A stretch of 64,000 bases of DNA, taken from the NCBI GenBank assembly GCA_035631115.1, contig DASQJJ010000006.1, positions 11,551-75,550 of the forward strand. The letters are read 5' to 3'. Made by a program: the position numbers and the translations under genes. Below, piece after piece: positions 36,365 through 47,128 of the stretch. This DNA is from Candidatus Eiseniibacteriota bacterium (GTDB lineage: Bacteria > Patescibacteriota > Microgenomatia > Levybacterales > UBA12049). The notes beneath the pieces were generated by a model. It had not been told where the DNA came from, ran no database searches, and saw nothing but the letters and a program-made list of their open reading frames with translations. Positions within the stretch are counted from its first letter, which is position 1. Every line of letters starts with the position of its first letter.

Positions 36365-37417
36365 TTAAAAATGTCCTGAGGTAGCAATTTCTTTAATGAT
36401 TGCATCGTTATTATACGTATACCTCCACAAAGGGTAATGTGATTCGAATTTTGATACATCAGAGATGTACCAAATATGATCCCCAACTCTATTTTTTTGT
36501 ATATATTTCACTTTTGCTTTCTTTCCTAAGATTTCTTCTGCTTTTTCTATGGCCTCAAGCATAGATGTATTTGAGTGTCTCGACCCACCTATATTATACA
36601 CTTCACCAGATCGTGGCTTTTTATAGACATGGTAGAAAGCATTCACCAAATCATACGAATGAATATTGTCTCGCACTTGCTTTCCTTTATACCCAAAAAT
36701 GGTGTAGGGTGTACCTGTGGCAACGCATTTAATAAGGTATGCGAGAAACCCATGTAATTGTGTCCCACTGTGTGCGGGGCCGGTAAGACACCCTCCGCGA
36801 AACACAGCGGTATGGAGACCAAAATATTTTCCATACTCCTGCACCATAATATCCGCTGCCACCTTGGATGCACCAAAAATACTATGCTTAGAATTATCAA
36901 TACTCATATTTTCATCAATCCCTTTGTAATACTCATGACCTTTTGGAAGCTCAAATCTTTTTTCCAACTCTATAAGAGGAAGGGTATTTGGTCTATCCCC
37001 GTAGACTTTATTTGTTGAAGTAAAAATAAATACTGCATCAGGCGAGTAATTGCGATAATGCTCAAGCATATGAAGAGTCCCGAGAGCATTTACCCCAAAA
37101 TCTGTTAATGGCTCTTTGGCAGCCCAATCGTGAGAAGGTTGCGCAGCTGCGTGAATAATCAAGTCAAACTTTGTTTTCTTAAATATTTTTCTTAGCCCTT
37201 CATTGTCCCTTATGTCAACAGCATAATGATTATATTGGTCTTTAAGAGACTTTTTGAGATTTTTTCTTGACCAATCAGTGCTTGCTTCTTCTCCAAAATA
37301 ATATGCCCTCATATTATTATCTATCCCATGAATTTCAAAACCTTTTTTAGCAAAAAACTTTGTTGCCTCAGATCCAATAAGCCCAGCCGAACCAGTAATT
37401 AATACTTTTTTCGTCAT
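36365..37417 (-). CDS. CDP-tyvelose-2-epimerase-like extended SDR (sugar-nucleotide epimerase)
   Basis: Recalled similarity to Salmonella Tyv: [73 protein letters not shown]. Confidence 0.6.
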   Translation of the reverse strand: MTKKVLITGSAGLIGSEATKFFAKKGFEIHGIDNNMRAYYFGEEASTDWSRKNLKKSLKDQYNHYAVDIRDNEGLRKIFKKTKFDLIIHAAAQPSHDWAAKEPLTDFGVNALGTLHMLEHYRNYSPDAVFIFTSTNKVYGDRPNTLPLIELEKRFELPKGHEYYKGIDENMSIDNSKHSIFGASKVAADIMVQEYGKYFGLHTAVFRGGCLTGPAHSGTQLHGFLAYLIKCVATGTPYTIFGYKGKQVRDNIHSYDLVNAFYHVYKKPRSGEVYNIGGSRHSNTSMLEAIEKAEEILGKKAKVKYIQKNRVGDHIWYISDVSKFESHYPLWRYTYNNDAIIKEIATSGHF

Positions 37418-37806
37418 ATAAGTGTATATCGCTTCATTACTCCAGGAGGCTCATTTGCAAACTTAACCATTATTCCAACATGATTTGCTAAATTTTTCAC
37501 TGCATGAGGTACGTTTGAGGGTAAAATTATAAAAAAATGTTTTCCCTCTACAAACATATTCATTGAATGTACCTTTTTTTTCTTATCCATCCAATATAAA
37601 ACAAGACCAGGGGTCATTGCAAGGAAAGCCTCTGAATGCTTATGGCTATGATTGCCCGCAATAACTCCAGAAGGTAAGCTCATAGAAATTTTCTCAATCC
37701 ATGTATAAGGAGATTTGAATGGTACATCTGTTATATCCATAACATACATACCATTGTTTTTCTCGTATAACGGTTTGATAGTTATTTTATATGGTGTTTT
37801 TCTCAT
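37414..37806 (-). CDS. cupin-fold sugar-nucleotide isomerase/epimerase (FdtA/WxcM-like)
   Basis: 130 aa; His-rich cupin motif [20 protein letters not shown]; size and context (directly downstream of an SDR, 4-bp overlap). Confidence 0.45.
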   Translation of the reverse strand: MRKTPYKITIKPLYEKNNGMYVMDITDVPFKSPYTWIEKISMSLPSGVIAGNHSHKHSEAFLAMTPGLVLYWMDKKKKVHSMNMFVEGKHFFIILPSNVPHAVKNLANHVGIMVKFANEPPGVMKRYTLI

Positions 37807-38639
37807 ATTGCATTTTTAGGATAAAATTTATAGAAAAGCATACCGGTAATCACAGCAATCGTCTTGAGAACATACAAGAGTATTCCTCCAAAAAAGACGT
37901 CTGGTCTTTTTATCACTTCCCATCGAAAGTAACTTCTTCGTGGTAAGCTGTGTAAAATGGTTGTTTGTGTTGATACCTTAAGAGTTCCTCCATACAACTT
38001 ACCGTATCTCATAAATTTTTTAAAAAATACCCAAAAATCATCAACTTCTTTGTGTTTTATCCCTTCCCCTTCGAGTCGCCCAATAAATTTTAACTTTGAA
38101 TGATTTTTTCCATACAATACCGCGTCATCTAAAATAGAAAGGGTCTTAGGCCATTTGAAGCGTAATAAATCTTCTCTTTTGTACATTCTGGGAATTTCTG
38201 CACCAAGGAACGGATTATTATCATGGCCTGAGACAACAACCCATCTGTCGTTAGCAAGAAGTCTTTTAATAAGTGTATTTTTCCCCGAGACAGATTCCTC
38301 ATGAAAGATAAGTCCATCGTATTTTTCTTTTTCCATTTTTTTAACCGCTCTTTCAATAACCGTTTTTCCAATCCATTGATCTGAATCAAGTGTCATAACA
38401 TATTTCCCTTTTGCTTTTTTAACCACCACATAACGTGCTCTACCTAGTTCTTTTCCATAACAAATTATTGCATTATATTTTTTGGCAATTTTTATTGTAT
38501 CATCTGTACTTCCCCCATCCCCAACAAGAACCTCAATTCTTTTGTATGTTTGCTTTTCTAAAGATTCAAAAGTTTTTGTAATTGTTTTTGCAGAATTAAG
38601 GGTAGAAATAGAAATGGATACAATTGGCATTTTATTCAT
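37803..38639 (-). CDS. glycosyltransferase family 2 (GT-A)
   Basis: MPIVSISISTLNSAKTITKTFESLEKQTYKRIEVLVGDGGSTDDT...TLDSDQW. Confidence 0.75.
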   Translation of the reverse strand: MNKMPIVSISISTLNSAKTITKTFESLEKQTYKRIEVLVGDGGSTDDTIKIAKKYNAIICYGKELGRARYVVVKKAKGKYVMTLDSDQWIGKTVIERAVKKMEKEKYDGLIFHEESVSGKNTLIKRLLANDRWVVVSGHDNNPFLGAEIPRMYKREDLLRFKWPKTLSILDDAVLYGKNHSKLKFIGRLEGEGIKHKEVDDFWVFFKKFMRYGKLYGGTLKVSTQTTILHSLPRRSYFRWEVIKRPDVFFGGILLYVLKTIAVITGMLFYKFYPKNAI

Positions 38640-38659
38640 AGGTTGAATACTATCACACT

Positions 38660-39772
38660 TTATGATGAAAGAAAATTATTTTTAATTATACTTAGGCTAT
38701 TTTTTGCAGCTTTATCCCAGGTCAGAGAATCTGCCCATAGTAGGCTTTCTTTTTCCATTTTTTTCCTTAGTTTTTGGTTTTTGAGTATTTGTTCTATTTT
38801 GTCGATGAAGTCTTCGTTGCTTGCAGCAAGAAAACCAGTTTTGTTATTTTTAATTGCATCCGAAAGTCCTGGAACTTTAAATGCAACCGCAGGTGTTCCA
38901 TATGAGTTGGCTTCTATTATTGAAATTCCCCACCCTTCATTAAGAGACGGATTGACAATCATCCATGACTTTCTAAGAAATATCCTTTTTTCTTTCTCGG
39001 AAATTGGCCCTAAAATATGAATGTTTCTTTTAAATCCATTTTTCATAATTAAGTCGCTAATAAATGGCGCCTCTGTTCCCCATCCAGCCAATAAAATTCT
39101 AATTTTTGGAATACGCTTTATAATTTCTGGGAATGCATTCACTAGAATATCCAGTCTTTTATATTTTTTTATTCTTCCTAAATAAATTATTGTAGGGTGG
39201 CTATATTTTGCAGTTTTCTTAAGAAAAGCTGGTGATGCTTTCATGACTCCTGGCTCAACAATCGAAATTTTATTTTTAGAAAAACCAATTTCTATTAATT
39301 TACCTTTTGTGCTTTGAGAGATTGCCATAACTTCAGTGTTAAAATAAAGAACGGGAAAGATAAATTTCTCAATCAAGAATCCTATTATATTTAGTGGAAA
39401 TGGAAGCTCATAAAAAAATTGTTTACCGTGTACATGGTACACAAGTACAATTTTCTTCTTTAACGAAAAAAGAGGAGTAAAAAAAGGTACGCCATTTTCG
39501 ATATCTACTACAAAATCCGTATTTTTATTGAGCTTAGTTAGATACATAAATGGTGCCCAAAAATAGACTGAAAATCTTCCGCCTTTTCTTACAATCCTGA
39601 CTCCATCAATTACCTCTTCTTTGGGAAGTTTTTTTTCAGGATCATTGGCACAAAAAAGTGTGACTGTATTACCTTTTTTTAACCATCTTTTTGCCAGCTC
39701 GTGGACGTATATCTCTCCTCCTCCTGCCCAACTACTTTTTATATCTCTCCAGTTGAAAATAAGAATATTCAT
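38660..39772 (-). CDS. glycosyltransferase family 4 (GT-B)
   Basis: MNILIFNWRDIKSSWAGGGEIYVHEL...EGWGISIIEANSYGTPAVAFKVPGLSDAI. Confidence 0.8.
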   Translation of the reverse strand: MNILIFNWRDIKSSWAGGGEIYVHELAKRWLKKGNTVTLFCANDPEKKLPKEEVIDGVRIVRKGGRFSVYFWAPFMYLTKLNKNTDFVVDIENGVPFFTPLFSLKKKIVLVYHVHGKQFFYELPFPLNIIGFLIEKFIFPVLYFNTEVMAISQSTKGKLIEIGFSKNKISIVEPGVMKASPAFLKKTAKYSHPTIIYLGRIKKYKRLDILVNAFPEIIKRIPKIRILLAGWGTEAPFISDLIMKNGFKRNIHILGPISEKEKRIFLRKSWMIVNPSLNEGWGISIIEANSYGTPAVAFKVPGLSDAIKNNKTGFLAASNEDFIDKIEQILKNQKLRKKMEKESLLWADSLTWDKAAKNSLSIIKNNFLSS

Positions 39773-39781
39773 GCAGTTAGA

Positions 39782-40657
39782 TCATTTGATATTTGTGGAA
39801 AGCGTGATACTTTTCCATGCTGTCATTGGAATACCCTTGAGTAAATCAAGCTCCCACAACGTCATTCTCCTCGTGTTATTAATAATAAACCACCAGAAGT
39901 TTCTAAATTGCATCAATATGTCAAAATCTTTTTTCCCTTGTAAATTTGCTTTTACAACCTCTCTGTCAGAATACTTATTTGCTTTTTTTCCTAAGAAAAA
40001 TTCCATAACTTCCATAGGAAAAAAATATGTGAAAAGAGTAATTAACTGAAAAAGTGCATGCTCGGAATACGCTCTTTTGGAAATTTTAAAATTGTATTTT
40101 TTAAGTAATTCTGCTATATACTCATGGGTAAATTCAGGATGAATATGTCCATAACGTCTAAAAGTCATTGTTTTTCCAATACCAATTTTTTGCCAAAACC
40201 ATGTATGTGTAAATTGTTGACCTTCTGTAGGAACCAATAGAAAAAATTTCCCATTCTTTTTAAGAATCCTCTTTACTTCTTTCATAAAAAAATCAACATC
40301 GGGAATATGTTCTAAAACATCCATGCACGTTATTGCATCGAATGTATTATTTTTATAAGGTAACTTTTTGTTGCGAATAACTGCATACGTCACTTTTCCA
40401 CTGCCTAATTTTTTTGCGTAAGTAATAGCTTGCTTACTCACATCACACCCATATATTTTTATTCCAGGGTAGTAATAAGAAAAACTTTCTGTTGTTATGC
40501 CCCCACCACTACCAATATCAAGAAGTTTGCCTTTTCGCATTTTAAGAAAGTCCGTAAGTCTTTTTAATCGATAGTCATCAACAAAGCTTCTTTTGAAACC
40601 TTTTTTTAAATCCGGAACTCCCATAAAGACATCTTCGTAATTAAATTTCTTTTTCAT
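39782..40657 (-). CDS. class I SAM-dependent methyltransferase
   Basis: LLDIGSGGGITTESF and DAITCMDVLEHIPD. Confidence 0.7.
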   Translation of the reverse strand: MKKKFNYEDVFMGVPDLKKGFKRSFVDDYRLKRLTDFLKMRKGKLLDIGSGGGITTESFSYYYPGIKIYGCDVSKQAITYAKKLGSGKVTYAVIRNKKLPYKNNTFDAITCMDVLEHIPDVDFFMKEVKRILKKNGKFFLLVPTEGQQFTHTWFWQKIGIGKTMTFRRYGHIHPEFTHEYIAELLKKYNFKISKRAYSEHALFQLITLFTYFFPMEVMEFFLGKKANKYSDREVVKANLQGKKDFDILMQFRNFWWFIINNTRRMTLWELDLLKGIPMTAWKSITLSTNIK

Positions 40658-40661
40658 ACTA

Positions 40662-41513
40662 TTATTTATGTTTTCTCAGGAATCTGTTGATCTTACCAGA
40701 AATAATACCCGATGCAAAAGGAATTTCCTTCAAAGATAACAAAACCATTGATCCAATGCTTTGTTTTATTAAGTCCTTCCTAAATAAACCTCTTCGAAAC
40801 CGCATTGTCCTTTTTCTAAAAAATTCATCATAACCAGTACTATCTACGTTAACGCTAAGGTATCCCCAGCGGTAGAATTTTCTCCAAAGCTCACTCCATG
40901 TTCCTGGTTCCATATGTTTTACTGCGTTTTTAATATACCCGACACGTTTACTTATTTTCCATGCTTCAAGGTATAAAATCGCATGATCTTGCAGACTTGC
41001 TTTATCTATGGACCTGGACGGAACTCGTTGGTATGCCTTCAAGATAAGGGACTTTTTAAAAAATCTGGGAAGTATCACGCTTGTATAAGGATCTAAATCA
41101 TTTGCTTTATCAACCAACTGCCTGTCCAAATAAAAAAGTTTTTCAAGAAGTGTTTTTTTACTGTAGACATCTTCCCCTAATGCTACCATGTCTTTTTTTT
41201 GTGCAATTTCATTAATACACTTTTTTATTGTTTCTTTTCCTAAAATTTGATCACTGTCTAGAATGAGTACGAAAGTTCCATGAGATTTTTTAGCACCTTC
41301 AAATCTTGCTCTCATGAGTGAGCCCTTACTAACCAGTATATTTTTAACGCCAAATTTTTGGGCAACAGCAATAGTTTTGTCTGACGAACCTCCATCAATA
41401 ATGTTTATTTCTACATGTTTATATGATTGGTCTTTAATTGCCTGGAGACATTTGGGCAAGAATGCTTCACTGTTGTAAGTGGGAATAGATATTGTAACAA
41501 GAGGATTTTTCAT
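40662..41513 (-). CDS. glycosyltransferase family 2 (GT-A)
   Basis: VTISIPTYNSEAFLPKCLQAIKDQSYKHVEINIIDGGSSDKT...ILDSDQ. Confidence 0.75.
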   Translation of the reverse strand: MKNPLVTISIPTYNSEAFLPKCLQAIKDQSYKHVEINIIDGGSSDKTIAVAQKFGVKNILVSKGSLMRARFEGAKKSHGTFVLILDSDQILGKETIKKCINEIAQKKDMVALGEDVYSKKTLLEKLFYLDRQLVDKANDLDPYTSVILPRFFKKSLILKAYQRVPSRSIDKASLQDHAILYLEAWKISKRVGYIKNAVKHMEPGTWSELWRKFYRWGYLSVNVDSTGYDEFFRKRTMRFRRGLFRKDLIKQSIGSMVLLSLKEIPFASGIISGKINRFLRKHK

Positions 41514-41593
41514 ATATGCATCTTAGTGTGTCGAATTGAACTATCCTATCATAGGATTAGTAGACTTACAATAAGCTTTCTGCTCTTATACAT

Positions 41594-42913
41594 TTATTGC
41601 TCGTTGTAAAGCAGTGTTGACCATAAAGTAAGAAGAAGAATCCATCCAAAATTTATATACGAAAAAACGAAAGCAAGCTTTTGTGTTTTGGAAAAAAATA
41701 GTGGAAAAAGCGTTATTCCAGAGAGTACAAGAAAAAAACGGAAAACGAAAAAGGAAAATCCCAAAACTTGCGCCCAAGATGTGTTGAGCATAGAAAGTCC
41801 TGTAAAAAGAAGGAAGAAAAATGTTAGTAGATAATTCTTATTAAAGTATTCCTTTATAAAAAGAGCCAGGGAAACAACAAGGAATGGATAAAAAGGATAT
41901 CGATACCATCCATGACCTGGCTCATTTGGTATTGCATAAACAAAAATTGCAAAGTACGCAAGAAGCGGAAATAATACAAAGATATGTTTTCGAAAGTCCT
42001 TAACTGCTACAATAAAAAACGATATCCATCCAAAGTATATCCATCCATCCGTAAAAAGTCTGTCTGTTAAGACTGGATAAGTAAATAAAGCAAACATGCT
42101 GTTAAAGGAAATATCATATCTATTTAGCTGTAATTTCCATAGATTAAAAAATAATTCTTTGTCAAAATATATTCCATACATAAAAAATATTGAAAAAATT
42201 GTTAGTACAATTGCAAGAAAAACCCAGATATCTCTATATTTTCGAAAGAAAAGAAAAAGTAAAACAATAGCAAGCGTTGCCGCCCCCCAAGGCACTTTTG
42301 CTAGAAGTAGTAATCCACACAAAATTGCAGCCCAATTGCGAAACCAAACATTCTTATTTTTTATATATTTTGCAACAAGAAATAAAGTAAAAAGAAAAAA
42401 AGGTATAAAAAAATTCTCATTTTCAACTAACCGAGATCCAACAACAACGGATGGAATAATTGCATACAAAAATGATGAGAGTAATGCAGTCCTTTCTCCA
42501 TACATATCTTTTACAAAAAGGAAAAGGATTCCTATGCTCAACACACCCAGTAGTAAAGATAATCCTCGAATATGAACAAGGTCTACATGAAACATATCTT
42601 TCACCCCACTCAAAATCGCATACCCGCCAACCACCAAGCCAAACAAAGGTGGATGCTCTAGGTACGGCGTGACAAGGCGGAAATGTGTATGTTGATAGGT
42701 AATATCTTTTGCATGAGTGTATTGCGGGTGTGGAGACCACGAAGTAGGCACATGATGCTGAATAAGACTCACTCCCTGCCATGCCCATGCATATTCATCA
42801 AATGTTGCTCCAAGCCGAGGCCATTCATATAAATTGTTACTTCGTAGCAAAAATCCAAGAAGCAAAATACCTAATAAAACGACATACTGCCATTTTTTAA
42901 AAAATTTATCCAC
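41594..42913 (-). CDS. GT-C fold membrane glycosyltransferase (PMT_2/ArnT-like)
   Basis: 439 aa; first loop WPRLGATFDEYAWAWQG (DE motif), >10 TM helices. Confidence 0.55.
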   Translation of the reverse strand: MDKFFKKWQYVVLLGILLLGFLLRSNNLYEWPRLGATFDEYAWAWQGVSLIQHHVPTSWSPHPQYTHAKDITYQHTHFRLVTPYLEHPPLFGLVVGGYAILSGVKDMFHVDLVHIRGLSLLLGVLSIGILFLFVKDMYGERTALLSSFLYAIIPSVVVGSRLVENENFFIPFFLFTLFLVAKYIKNKNVWFRNWAAILCGLLLLAKVPWGAATLAIVLLFLFFRKYRDIWVFLAIVLTIFSIFFMYGIYFDKELFFNLWKLQLNRYDISFNSMFALFTYPVLTDRLFTDGWIYFGWISFFIVAVKDFRKHIFVLFPLLAYFAIFVYAIPNEPGHGWYRYPFYPFLVVSLALFIKEYFNKNYLLTFFFLLFTGLSMLNTSWAQVLGFSFFVFRFFLVLSGITLFPLFFSKTQKLAFVFSYINFGWILLLTLWSTLLYNEQ

Positions 42914-44012
42914 GGCTTGTTACCTCCTTAATTAATTGAATGCTTTTCATCGTTGCATTCTTCCATGTTAAGCTTGTTGCCCATTGGAATGCATTCTGTT
43001 GAAAAGTTTTATACTTTTTTTTATCTTCTACAAGAAGAAGCGACTCTCTAGCCATTTCATACGGAGAATTCGTCGACAAAACAATACCTGTTATATTATT
43101 TTTGACACTATCTCGAAGTCCCGCAACATTATAGACAACTGATGGGGTGTTTTGACTTGCTGCTTCTATAACAACGAGGCCCCATCCTTCTTTTACCGAA
43201 GCGTGAAGTAAAATATGTGCTCTGCCAAGAAGTGAAAATTTTTCATTCTCTGAAACAGCTCCAAAAAATGTTGTACATTTTTCTATTCCATATTCTCTTG
43301 TCATTTGCTGTAACTTTTTTATGTAGTCTTTTTCACCCTTTCCAACAATCCAAAGTTTTGCATCTATATCTTCTCTGTGAATAAACCCAAATGCCTTAAT
43401 AACTTCCTCTACGCCTTTCATTCTGACAACACGACTCACAAAAATGAAAGTTTTGTTTTTTTCTTTTTGTAATTCTTTTTTTTGATGAGTAGGTATCATA
43501 GGACAAGGTATTGCAAGACAATTTTTAATTTTAAATCCATATTTTATTAATTCATTAACTGTCGAAGGTGCATCTGTCCATAACGGTATATTTTTATAAA
43601 AAGGAATGTAAAATGTTTCAAGAAATCTCCCAATAACGTTTATGGGAAAAGGATACATATAGTCCCAAATTTCGCTCGCTATCTCATGTATAAAAAATAT
43701 TTTTGGCCTTCTTACAAATAATGGAGTAAAGAATGGGATACCATGTGCCTCATCAATAACCAGGTTGAATGTGATTCCAGAAAAAAAATAGAAAAATACT
43801 GCCCAAAAGAAAATAGTCACACTATTCCCTCTTCTCACGACAGTAATTCCGTCAATTTTTTCTTCTCTTAAAGCTTTTTTAAAAGAAGATGCAAGCCACC
43901 AAACGTGATATCCTGCCTGTACCCACGCTTTTGCATGCTGAAGAGTCACTATTTCTGCACCGCCTGCCTTTGGATTCTTGGGATCTCTCCAGTTGAGAAG
44001 AAGAATATTCAT
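42906..44012 (-). CDS. glycosyltransferase family 4 (GT-B)
   Basis: MNILLLNWRDPKNPKAGGAEI...EGWGLVVIEAASQNTPSVVYNVAGLRDSV. Confidence 0.8.
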   Translation of the reverse strand: MNILLLNWRDPKNPKAGGAEIVTLQHAKAWVQAGYHVWWLASSFKKALREEKIDGITVVRRGNSVTIFFWAVFFYFFSGITFNLVIDEAHGIPFFTPLFVRRPKIFFIHEIASEIWDYMYPFPINVIGRFLETFYIPFYKNIPLWTDAPSTVNELIKYGFKIKNCLAIPCPMIPTHQKKELQKEKNKTFIFVSRVVRMKGVEEVIKAFGFIHREDIDAKLWIVGKGEKDYIKKLQQMTREYGIEKCTTFFGAVSENEKFSLLGRAHILLHASVKEGWGLVVIEAASQNTPSVVYNVAGLRDSVKNNITGIVLSTNSPYEMARESLLLVEDKKKYKTFQQNAFQWATSLTWKNATMKSIQLIKEVTSRG

Positions 44013-44015
44013 ATG

Positions 44016-44834
44016 CTAAACAACATTTACTCTGAAGTTAAGCTCAGGATCGTATCGCCATTTTCGCTGAGCGGAGTCGTCATAATACCTGAGAATTCTT
44101 AATCGATAAAAAACCGCCATTGTGTCCCATAACATCTTCCCAATTGTATCTAAGAAGTTTTTTGATGTTATTGAAGACCACTGTCCAAATGTTAACTCAA
44201 TTGGTGCTTCATAAATTTTTTTGTATCCTAAATGATATGCAACAGAGAGAATTTCTATATCAAATGCGTATCTTTTAACTAATAGTCTCGGTAGTACATC
44301 TTCCAAAACATCCCTTTTAAAAAGTTTTAGTCCCACTTGCGTATCGGAAAGGGAAAGACCAAACAACAACTTTACAAGACTTCTATATCCCCAAGACAAA
44401 ACTTTTCTTTGCCAAGGATATTTAACCTTAGATAAAGGATGCAATTTAGACCCAATAACAATGTCTGCGTTATTTTTTATCATTATATCTGAGAGAAGCT
44501 TCAGTCCTTTTGGGTTTAAATCCATTCCAGCATCTAAAAATGCGATCATGCTTCCTTTAGAATTTGCCATTCCATACCGCACAGCATATCCTTTCCCATA
44601 ATTGTGCTTGTATCCAACAACCTTTACATGAGGAATTTTTTTCTGCTTAAGAATAGTTTCTGTATTATCCAGATGACCATCTATAACAACAATTATCTCG
44701 TATGGATTATTAAAGGAGTCTATAACTTTTTTTATCGATTCAATGTCTCTAATTATTGTTTTTTCTTGCTTGTATGATGGAATAATGAGAGAAAGAAATG
44801 AATTAATTTTTTTGTTTTTGCGGTCCATACTCAT
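44016..44834 (-). CDS. GT2 glycosyltransferase, polyprenol-phosphate glucosyl/mannosyl-transferase-like (Alg5/DPM1-like soluble form)
   Basis: FLSLIIPSYKQEKTI...YEIIVVIDGHLDNT...FLDAGMDL...SDTQVGLKLFKRDVLEDVLP (resembles the D.QcGFK.f motif of DPG/DPM synthases). Confidence 0.6.
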   Translation of the reverse strand: MSMDRKNKKINSFLSLIIPSYKQEKTIIRDIESIKKVIDSFNNPYEIIVVIDGHLDNTETILKQKKIPHVKVVGYKHNYGKGYAVRYGMANSKGSMIAFLDAGMDLNPKGLKLLSDIMIKNNADIVIGSKLHPLSKVKYPWQRKVLSWGYRSLVKLLFGLSLSDTQVGLKLFKRDVLEDVLPRLLVKRYAFDIEILSVAYHLGYKKIYEAPIELTFGQWSSITSKNFLDTIGKMLWDTMAVFYRLRILRYYDDSAQRKWRYDPELNFRVNVV

Positions 44835-46080
44835 TCATGTAATATAGCAAAAGCACTACAAAGAGCACAAGGCTGAGAATAAGAGAAAAGGTAACAACCT
44901 GTCTTATGGTTGCGTGGAAAAGCGTAATACCTATTGCCTGGATACAAGCCCCTCCTAGTGCAATATAGGAGACAGCAGTCTTTTTTATGGAAAGGAGAAA
45001 ATTGATAAGTATATTGAGAAGACTGAAAATGCAAAGATAGAGACCAAACCAACCAAGAAGAGGTGCTCCTGATATGTACTGTTTCCCAAGCACAAAACCA
45101 ATAATTGCTTCAGGAAATAGAAAATATACTAATGAAAGAAGGAGTGAAGGAACTAAAACAAGTAAAAATGATGCATATAAGAGTCCCTGAGCATTTCTTT
45201 TTTCATGAATACGTTTAATAACAAGTGGAAACATAACGCTTCCAATGGGAGCTGAAAAGTAAAAAATAATTCTTCCAAGTACCGATAATCCACTATAGAG
45301 CGCTGCATCTGCTGAAGGAAGAAAATGCTTTACTAAAAGAGCGTCTGTTGAGGTAAATGAAAAAAGAGAAAATACGGCAACTGCCGTTGGGAAACCGTAT
45401 GTGAGAATTTCTTTCGTATGAATTGTTGTTTTTGCTTGCCTAATAAATAGATGTCTTAATGGAATAAATGTTAAAAGAAATGGAATAAGAAAACTGAGAA
45501 AATATCCAAATAAAATACCGTCCAATCCAAAACCTAAAAGTATAACGACAACTCCTATGAATAATTTTGTAATACCACCCAAGCTTGTTGTGAGGGAAAG
45601 AAATTTAAACTCCAGTAAACTCTGTAAAAAGGCAATATTTGTATTACTCATATATACTCCTGCAATAACTGCTCCGGCAAGAATGATTTCAAACATATTT
45701 TTTATGTGAAGGAAACTTCCAATAAACGGAGAGAAAATAACAAAACCTGCAAAAAGAGTAATAGCAATTATCCCTATCTTTAGGTTAGACTGCCAAAAAA
45801 GTTCTGCAGCATATTCTTTTTGCTTTTTGGAAAAATATCTTGTGGCAAATTGCACAATCGTAGGAATAAAAGCTTGTGCTGGCATACTTACCCATGTAAT
45901 GAGAGTAAGAAGCACTGCAATATCTGCATAACTACCACGTGACAGATGTCTTGGTAAAAAAACACTTAAAGCAAATGCGCAAATATTTGCTGCTGTTGTG
46001 CCAAGAAAAAGAAAAGAACTTTCAGAAACAAGTTCATGCCTTACTACTTTGGTTGTTAGCTGAAGCAATTTATCTTTCAT
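44803..46080 (-). CDS. Wzx-like oligosaccharide flippase (MOP superfamily polysaccharide biosynthesis protein)
   Basis: 425 aa, about 12 TM helices, N-terminal LLQLTTKVVRHELVSESSFLFLGTTAANICAFALSVFLPRHLSRGSYADIAVLLTL typical of PST-family flippases. Confidence 0.65.
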   Translation of the reverse strand: MKDKLLQLTTKVVRHELVSESSFLFLGTTAANICAFALSVFLPRHLSRGSYADIAVLLTLITWVSMPAQAFIPTIVQFATRYFSKKQKEYAAELFWQSNLKIGIIAITLFAGFVIFSPFIGSFLHIKNMFEIILAGAVIAGVYMSNTNIAFLQSLLEFKFLSLTTSLGGITKLFIGVVVILLGFGLDGILFGYFLSFLIPFLLTFIPLRHLFIRQAKTTIHTKEILTYGFPTAVAVFSLFSFTSTDALLVKHFLPSADAALYSGLSVLGRIIFYFSAPIGSVMFPLVIKRIHEKRNAQGLLYASFLLVLVPSLLLSLVYFLFPEAIIGFVLGKQYISGAPLLGWFGLYLCIFSLLNILINFLLSIKKTAVSYIALGGACIQAIGITLFHATIRQVVTFSLILSLVLFVVLLLYYMNEYGPQKQKN

Positions 46081-47128
46081 TTTGGGTAACTTTTTTATAT
46101 ACGTCTACTGTCTGATTTGCTGTTTTTTCCCATGAGAATTTTTTTGCTTGCAACAATCCCTTCTGGGACAATTTTTTTGCAAGCTGCCTATCACCAATCA
46201 CTTTCTGAATTGCTTGGGCCATAGCAGACACATCATAAGAGTCTACGATATATGCGCTGTCTCCCGCAACCTCTCTTAGAGATCCTTTACTACTGGTAAT
46301 AACCGGACATCCACTCTGCATAGCCTCTAGAATAGGCAACCCAAATCCTTCATACAACGAAGGCATAACAAATACACTTGCCAAATTGTATAATGCAATT
46401 AAATCCTCATCATCAACAAACCCCAAAAATCGGATTTGTTGACTATTTGCTTTTTGCAACGCTCTAACTTCCTTAATATCCTTCGCCCATTTATTTGAAA
46501 CATCTACAGATTCATCTACAAGAGATTTACCTACCATAACAAGGGGAATAGTTGTCCGCAAAACTGCCTTAACGAGAGTAGGCAAATTCTTATTCGGAGT
46601 TGCGTCTCCCACATACAACACAAATGAATCTGGCAATTTATATTTATTTTTAACTTGTGTCTTGTACTCTGTATCCTGCATCTTGTAAAAATGTTCATCT
46701 GCTGCAAGGTAAATACTGTCTATTCTTTCTGGCTTGATGTGCAAGAGTGTTTCTATATCTTTTTTGGAAGATTTTGAGTCGGTAATAATATTTCCAATCT
46801 TTCGTAAAGATCTTTTTTGCAAAAACCATATAAATTTTCCTTTTGGACCAATTGGGAAAAGGTTGGGAAAAAGTAAAGGTGTAACATCGTGCACTGTAAC
46901 AACTGTTTTTCTTTTTTCATTTAGTGGAAGCGTTAGGGAGAAAGGATCGAAGTATGGATAGTGGATAATATCTACGTCCCGAGGAATTGTCTTTTGATTG
47001 ATAAATTCAAAATAATCGTTTTCAGGATGATATTTTTTAAGCGAATTTAAGAGATTTTTTACATAAAATCCAACGCCTCGAATTGCATGCCCCGAGGAAA
47101 GTGGAGAAACATCTATTGCAACCTTCAT
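46070..47128 (-). CDS. glycosyltransferase family 4 (GT-B)
   Basis: MKVAIDVSPLSSGHAIRGVGFYVKNL...EGFGLPILEAMQSGCPVITSSKGSLREVAGDSAYIVD. Confidence 0.8.
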   Translation of the reverse strand: MKVAIDVSPLSSGHAIRGVGFYVKNLLNSLKKYHPENDYFEFINQKTIPRDVDIIHYPYFDPFSLTLPLNEKRKTVVTVHDVTPLLFPNLFPIGPKGKFIWFLQKRSLRKIGNIITDSKSSKKDIETLLHIKPERIDSIYLAADEHFYKMQDTEYKTQVKNKYKLPDSFVLYVGDATPNKNLPTLVKAVLRTTIPLVMVGKSLVDESVDVSNKWAKDIKEVRALQKANSQQIRFLGFVDDEDLIALYNLASVFVMPSLYEGFGLPILEAMQSGCPVITSSKGSLREVAGDSAYIVDSYDVSAMAQAIQKVIGDRQLAKKLSQKGLLQAKKFSWEKTANQTVDVYKKVTQNER

